A stretch of 64,000 nt of DNA from Verrucomicrobiota bacterium. Its GTDB lineage: Bacteria; Auribacterota; JABMQX01; JAFGEW01. A model generated the notes under the pieces. It saw nothing but the letters and a program-made list of their open reading frames with translations. It made no database searches and had not been told where the DNA came from. The first letter of the stretch is position 1, and every line of letters starts with the position of its first letter. Shown here in pieces: positions 59,349 to 64,000 of the stretch. Where the stretch lies: assembly GCA_016931415.1 (NCBI GenBank), contig JAFGEW010000006.1, positions 28,310 through 92,309 of the forward strand, read 5' to 3'. The position numbers and the translations under genes are program-made.

Positions 59349-59378
59349 GCGATCCCGGAGCGAGTCCTCGCGCGGCGG

Positions 59379-60227
59379 TTAGAGGTGGTCTGTGTCGCTC
59401 GTGGGAGCGTGGCGTGTGCGGTGGCGCCGCAGCTGCTTCCAGCGCCGGGGGCGTCGCGTGCCGGTGCGGTCGCCGGCTCGGGCCTCGGCCAGCAGGTTGA
59501 ACGGCGGTTCGATGGCGAGGCCTTTGATGTACCGGTAGTACAGGTAGCGGGCCGGGCCGAACGCGGTGTAGAAGGCGAACAGCGCGCAGAACGCCACTTC
59601 GAGAAACGCCACCAACGCGACAATAACCACGGAGGCCCCGACGAGGACGACAAACGGCTTCTTGCGGAACAGGTGCAAACTGGTGCTCGACGGATAACGG
59701 ACCCGGCTCACCATAAGGATCGAGATGGAAAGCATCATCGCCGTGGCCGCCGGCAGCGGCAACATGGCCCACGGGTGCGTATGCGCCATGAGCACATAGG
59801 TGGCCACCATCCCGCCGGCGCCGGGGCTCGGCAGCCCGGAGAACCAGCGCCGCTCCTCGCTCGTGGCCTGCACATTGTAGCGCGCGAGCCGCAGCGCGCA
59901 CGCCACGACGAACAGGAACACCACGCCGAGGCCGAACTTGAGGCTCAGCGGCCCAAGGTCGGCCCGGCGGTGGAACAGGTACATGAGCACCGCCGGCGCC
60001 ATGCCGAAGCTCAGCACGTCGGCGAGCGAGTCGAACTCCTTGCCGAACGCGGTGCCGGCGCGCTGGGCGCGGGCGATGATGCCGTCGAGGAAGTCGAAAC
60101 AGCACGCGGCGAGGATGGCCACCGCCGCCGGGGCATAGTAGCCTTCGATGGCGAACACGATCGAGAACGTGCCCGAGAACACGTTGAGCGCCGTGCAGAG
60201 GTTGGGGAGGATGTAGATCTTTTTCAT
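59379..60227 (-). CDS. pssA: CDP-diacylglycerol--serine O-phosphatidyltransferase (CDP-alcohol phosphatidyltransferase family)
   Basis: DGxxAR...G...G...D...D motif (DFLDGIIARAQRAGTAFGKEFDSLADVLSFG). Multi-TM. Confidence 0.85.
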   Translation of the reverse strand: MKKIYILPNLCTALNVFSGTFSIVFAIEGYYAPAAVAILAACCFDFLDGIIARAQRAGTAFGKEFDSLADVLSFGMAPAVLMYLFHRRADLGPLSLKFGLGVVFLFVVACALRLARYNVQATSEERRWFSGLPSPGAGGMVATYVLMAHTHPWAMLPLPAATAMMLSISILMVSRVRYPSSTSLHLFRKKPFVVLVGASVVIVALVAFLEVAFCALFAFYTAFGPARYLYYRYIKGLAIEPPFNLLAEARAGDRTGTRRPRRWKQLRRHRTRHAPTSDTDHL

Positions 60228-60973
60228 TGATTCTCCAGAGGCCCGGCATGGCCCCGTGCGATTGGACTCGAGATGGCGTGCACGCGCCGGCCTTTCTCGA
60301 CGAGCACCTCATAGCCCGGCGGCAGAAACACGTCGACGCGCGATCCGAACTTGATCAGCCCCACGCGCTCGCCGCGCCGCACCTCGTCGCCCGGCTTGAC
60401 GCGGCACACGATGCGCCGGGCAATCATGCCGGCGACCTGGCGGAACATAAGCCGTTCACCGGCTGCCCGCACGCCGATCGAGTTGGCCTCGTTGCGCTCG
60501 GAGGCTTTGGCAAAACCCGCGTTGCCGAACCGTCCCGGCCGGTGGGCGATGTGCTCGACCGTGCCGTCCATGGGCGCGTACGTCATATGAACGTCCCAGA
60601 GGCGCATGAAGATGCTTATGCGCGTGGCCGGCCCGCCCACGTACTCAGGCTCGTTGACTTGGGTGACGCCGACCACCAGCCCGTCGGCCGGCGCGAGCAC
60701 CAGGCTCGGATCCCCAGGCGGTGTGCGCGCCGGATCACGGAAAAACGAGAGCACAGCAAGCGACAGAACCAGGCAGACACCGGCGACCCAGGTCCACCCG
60801 AGGATGAAAAACACCACTGCCGCTGCGCCAAACGGAATGGCAAGAGGCAGTCCCTCTTTCGCTATGGAGAAACGCATGCCGTGATGCCCGTCCCCTAATG
60901 AAGAGCCACAGTGCAAGCTGCGTGCCCGCCGCCGCGGGTCACCCCGCGCAGGATTCTGCATTATTACCGCCAT
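60224..60973 (-). CDS. psd: phosphatidylserine decarboxylase family proenzyme
   Basis: Psd-like C-terminal motif FGSRVDVFLP, where GS would be the autocleavage site. 4-bp overlap with pssA. The true start may be the internal Met at 60877. Confidence 0.75.
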   Translation of the reverse strand: MAVIMQNPARGDPRRRARSLHCGSSLGDGHHGMRFSIAKEGLPLAIPFGAAAVVFFILGWTWVAGVCLVLSLAVLSFFRDPARTPPGDPSLVLAPADGLVVGVTQVNEPEYVGGPATRISIFMRLWDVHMTYAPMDGTVEHIAHRPGRFGNAGFAKASERNEANSIGVRAAGERLMFRQVAGMIARRIVCRVKPGDEVRRGERVGLIKFGSRVDVFLPPGYEVLVEKGRRVHAISSPIARGHAGPLENQ

Positions 60974-61120
60974 TTGGAGGCCGGGTCAAGGTACGAGTGC
61001 GGTCGCGTCCAATCGGGTGGTTCGTTGATTCGCCCGGTACCCTGTGCTACACATGAGCCGGAGCGCGAACTCCGGTCGGCGCCCGTGGTTACCGTGCGCT
61101 CTTGCCGCCACGGGACCGCG

Positions 61121-62302
61121 ATGAGACCACCCGTTCGGGGAGAGTGTGCTGTGCCCCGCATCCTTCACGTGATCAACAGCTTCGACATCGGCGGCAACGA
61201 GCGATTCCTTGTCGAGCTGCTGCGCCGGCTCGATCGTGCCGAGTTCGTGCAGGAGGTCTGCGTGCCCGACCGGGGCCGCGACTACACGTTCGACCTCAAG
61301 CAGATCTGCGAGTCGCTCGGCGTGCCGATTCACGTTGTGGAGGCGCGCGGCAATCTGGATCGTGCCGTCGGCCGGCGGCTCAGGGCGCTCATGGCGGCCG
61401 GTGCCTATGACATCGTCCACACGCATCTCGTGTTCTCGCAGTACTGGGGCCGGAGGGCGGCGAGCGCTGCGGGCATTGGGCGCATCATCTCGTCGGAGCA
61501 GAACGCATATCGGTTCAAGGTCTGGCCGCCGTTCCGCTGGATCGAGCAGCGGCTCACGCGCTCGACAGAGTGCGTCGTCGCCTGCTCGGAACACGTGCGC
61601 CAGCATCTTGTCCGGCGCGTCGGCCTGCCGCGCGAGAAGATCGCTCTCGTCTACAACGGCGTCGATACGGAGGCGTTCGCGCCGACTGAGGCCGACGATC
61701 CGGTCCGCGCGGCCGTACGCGAGGAGATGAATGTCGGACCCGGCGAGAAGTTGATCGGAACAGTCGGCCATTTGAATCGTCAGAAAGGCCATGATGTGCT
61801 TATCGCCGCGCTGGCAGACGTCGTGCGGCGCGAGCCGACGGCCCGGCTCGCTATCGCCGGACGCGGCCCACTTCGGCGGCGGCTCGAGGCGCTGGCCGCC
61901 CAACACGGTGTGGCGGGCAAAGTCATCTTCGCCGGGCTGGTGGGCGACGTGGCCCGGTTCCTCAAGGGGCTCGACGTGTTTGCGTTTCCGTCCCGCTGGG
62001 AGGGCTTTGGCATCGCGCTGATCGAGGCGATGGCCACCGGGCTGCCGGTCGTGGCGTCCCGCACGGGCGGCATCAAAGAGATCGTCGAAGATTGGGTCTC
62101 CGGGTTGCTTGTGCCGATCGGCGACCGGGTCGCACTGAGCGAGGCGCTGCTCTCGGTGGTGTGCGATACGGATCGGGCTCACCGGCTGGCGCAGGAGGGA
62201 TTGGCCCGGGTCCGCAGGCAGTTCTCGCTCGCTCGCACCGTCGAGCAGATGTCCGACATCTACCGCGGCGTGCAACCGCGTCACGAACAAAGTCTCCCGT
62301 GA
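61121..62302 (+). CDS. glycosyltransferase family 1 (GT4-type)
   Basis: N-terminal RILHVINSFDIGGNERF, C-terminal EGFGIALIEAMATGLPVVASRTGGIKEIV. Start at ATG 61121, or GTG 61150 with GGGGAGAG SD. Confidence 0.85.
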   Translation: MRPPVRGECAVPRILHVINSFDIGGNERFLVELLRRLDRAEFVQEVCVPDRGRDYTFDLKQICESLGVPIHVVEARGNLDRAVGRRLRALMAAGAYDIVHTHLVFSQYWGRRAASAAGIGRIISSEQNAYRFKVWPPFRWIEQRLTRSTECVVACSEHVRQHLVRRVGLPREKIALVYNGVDTEAFAPTEADDPVRAAVREEMNVGPGEKLIGTVGHLNRQKGHDVLIAALADVVRREPTARLAIAGRGPLRRRLEALAAQHGVAGKVIFAGLVGDVARFLKGLDVFAFPSRWEGFGIALIEAMATGLPVVASRTGGIKEIVEDWVSGLLVPIGDRVALSEALLSVVCDTDRAHRLAQEGLARVRRQFSLARTVEQMSDIYRGVQPRHEQSLP

Positions 62303-62371
62303 TCCGTACAACCGAGCGAGGGCATGCCCAAGTCAGAACGGAACGCAGGATCGAGATGGGAGGCGACGGAA

Positions 62372-62863
62372 ATGAGCTACCGGAATCCGAGAGTGACTGC
62401 CCGGCTTGTCGCCGCGGCAATGGTCGCGATGCTGGGTCTCCTTGGCGCCATGCCGGCCGGCTCGCAAGAGCACGCCGGGGCGTCGGAGGTCGTGGAGCCA
62501 CCCTTGCCCGGGGGGACGGTGGCTCTATACTTCACGGTCGAGAGCCAGGGGCAGAAGATCCTGAATCTCGAGGTCCGCTGCGCACACGGGAGCTTCTCCG
62601 TTGTGGGAAGCAGCGAGGCGCTCGACACGTCCTATTCGTTTCTGTGCCGCCTTGCCGGCGAGGTGCGCGTGGAGACCGGGGAGCAGACTCGGATCGCTGT
62701 TGAGGTTACCCAAGCGATGTTTGATCATCAGACCGAGTCTGCCCGGGTCAATATCAGTAGCCTCCGGGTCAGTGCTGTCCTGGCCAGCGGCGGCGAGAAC
62801 GTGCTATTCCGGACTGGCGATTTCACATTGAGCCTCAAGGCGGTGTTCGAGCCGACGGAGTAG
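62372..62863 (+). CDS. small secreted protein, paralog A (ends KAVFEPTE)
   Basis: Signal peptide. GTVALYFTVESQGQKILNLEVRCAHGSF...SLKAVFEPTE. SD GGGAGG. Confidence 0.7.
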   Translation: MSYRNPRVTARLVAAAMVAMLGLLGAMPAGSQEHAGASEVVEPPLPGGTVALYFTVESQGQKILNLEVRCAHGSFSVVGSSEALDTSYSFLCRLAGEVRVETGEQTRIAVEVTQAMFDHQTESARVNISSLRVSAVLASGGENVLFRTGDFTLSLKAVFEPTE

Positions 62864-63046
62864 TTGGACCGGCGCAGGCAGGACGCAGGACCGGTGCCGC
62901 GATGGGGTGCCGGACTTGTCCGTGTCTCTGAGGCTCAGGCCGGAGTCACGGATCAGGCGACGAACGAGATCTCTGGTGATCCGCACTCGGCATAGGGAGT
63001 ACGCTCCAGACTGAAAGAAACGCTTGAAGAAACGGGAGACGATACG

Positions 63047-63532
63047 ATGAGTCACTGGCATCTGTGTTCGAGTATGCGGTTTGTCGCGGTGGTCCTGGTC
63101 ACCATATTCGGCGTCACCTTAGCCACGCCGGTGGGATCACAGACGCTCTCCGTGACGGGTAGCTCGACGGGAGCCCCACCGCTGGGCGGTACGGTCGTCC
63201 TGCATTTCACCGCCGAGAGCAGTGGGGAGAAGGTCCTGGACGTCGAGTTTCGTTGCAGCCGCCCCAAGTTCAGGATAGCCGCGAGCTCGCAGGAAGCGCA
63301 GCAAGCGAGCTACTCGTGCGACCTGGAAGGTCAGGTCAGCGTGATGCCGGGCAAGCCGAGCCGGATCCAGGTAAGCTTCCGGAAGGCGACTCTCGAGCGG
63401 CGGACGGAGAGCTCGTCCATCCGATTCGATGTTGAGGTGGGGGCTGTCCTGGTCAGCGGCGAGGAGAAGATAGTGCTCAAGACGGACACGATCACGTTGT
63501 ACGTCAAAGCTGTGTTCGAGCCGGTGGAGTAA
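63047..63532 (+). CDS. small secreted protein, paralog B (ends KAVFEPVE)
   Basis: Signal peptide. GTVVLHFTAESSGEKVLDVEFRCSRPKF...YVKAVFEPVE. Clear paralog of the upstream gene. Confidence 0.7.
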   Translation: MSHWHLCSSMRFVAVVLVTIFGVTLATPVGSQTLSVTGSSTGAPPLGGTVVLHFTAESSGEKVLDVEFRCSRPKFRIAASSQEAQQASYSCDLEGQVSVMPGKPSRIQVSFRKATLERRTESSSIRFDVEVGAVLVSGEEKIVLKTDTITLYVKAVFEPVE

Positions 63533-63687
63533 TCCGGCTTGCGAGAGCGATCAGAGGACCGGCGCCGTGATGGCCGACACCGCCACAGCGCCGGCCCGGT
63601 CTGCGTTTGGGCGGCTCAGGCCCGAGTGAACAAACAACCCGGTGTGTCGTAGAACATACCGGGTGCATAAGCGGAGAAGGCTCCCGA

Positions 63688-64000
63688 ATGTACCCTTCGG
63701 ATGAGGAGCTGATCGCCGGGTGCCATCAAGGCGACACGGCGAGCTTCGACCAGCTCTTTGAAAGGTACCGGAGCAGGGTGTTCACGTTCGTCTGGCGATA
63801 CGTGCGCGACCGCGAGACGGCCGAGGACATCTTCCAGGAGACCTTCGTGCGGGTGTTCGCGCGGGCGGGTACGTACCGCAAGCGGGCCAAGGTGTCGACG
63901 TGGATCTACACCATCGCCGCGAACCTGTGCAGGGACGAGCTTCGAAGGCGCCGGCGCCGTCCGCTCGTGTCGCTCGACGGGCCGCTGCCGGGCGACGAAC
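63688..64000 (+). CDS. ECF-type RNA polymerase sigma factor (3' end outside window)
   Basis: Sigma-70 region 2: LIAGCHQGDTASFDQLFERYRSRVFTFVWRYVRDRETAEDIFQETFVRVF...TWIYTIAANLCRDELRRRRR. Confidence 0.85.
   Translation, partial: MYPSDEELIAGCHQGDTASFDQLFERYRSRVFTFVWRYVRDRETAEDIFQETFVRVFARAGTYRKRAKVSTWIYTIAANLCRDELRRRRRRPLVSLDGPLPGDE

Noticed and set aside
1-64000. CRISPR arrays, rRNA genes, intact IS elements or integrase genes
   Set aside because: No regularly spaced direct repeats with unique spacers, no rRNA-like sequence, and no intact transposase or integrase ORF were found. The only repeats are short in-gene tandem repeats and the 17-bp intergenic repeat.

Overview
High-GC (~65-70%) bacterial chromosomal segment, gene-dense on both strands. 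From start to end the window contains: an ABC transporter (partial ATPase plus FtsX-type permease); a TPR protein and efp; a large minus-strand efflux supercluster (MATE, then TolC-like OMF, RND pump, MFP adaptor and a TetR regulator carrying a pentapeptide-repeat tail, with an AT-rich palindromic operator upstream); a ~12.5 kb insertion bounded by an intact tRNA-Arg(ACG) (24535-24608) and a 47-nt partial copy of the tRNA 3' half (12099-12145), containing a degraded IS256/Mutator-type transposase and a tightly packed five-gene operon of uncharacterised proteins (giant DUF4132-like alpha-solenoid protein, MoxR/AAA_5-type ATPase, large unknown protein, VWA/MIDAS protein, SWIM zinc-finger protein), which is the most interesting system here and resembles the function-unknown yehI/yehLMPQ-type module; a DUF2780-like protein, a large HerA/FtsK-like P-loop ATPase, cupin, membrane protein and a GT39-like glycosyltransferase with a Gly/Pro/Met-rich tail; EEP nuclease/phosphatase, URO-D-family protein, PanE; a complete bacterial V/A-type ATPase operon (H/G-C-I-K-F-E-A-B-D) followed by a UspA gene, divergent from hypD-hypE and a His-rich Fur-family regulator; two tandem stand-alone CheY receivers followed by paralogous coiled-coil proteins flanking a HEAT-repeat protein; TPR lipoprotein, accA, LysM-L,D-transpeptidase, an atypical Ser/Thr kinase, pssA-psd, a GT1 glycosyltransferase, two tandem paralogous small secreted proteins and the 5' part of an ECF sigma factor. 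No CRISPR array and no rRNA were seen. Many long Arg/Ala-rich ORFs in the six-frame track are antisense shadow ORFs of the real genes and were not annotated.
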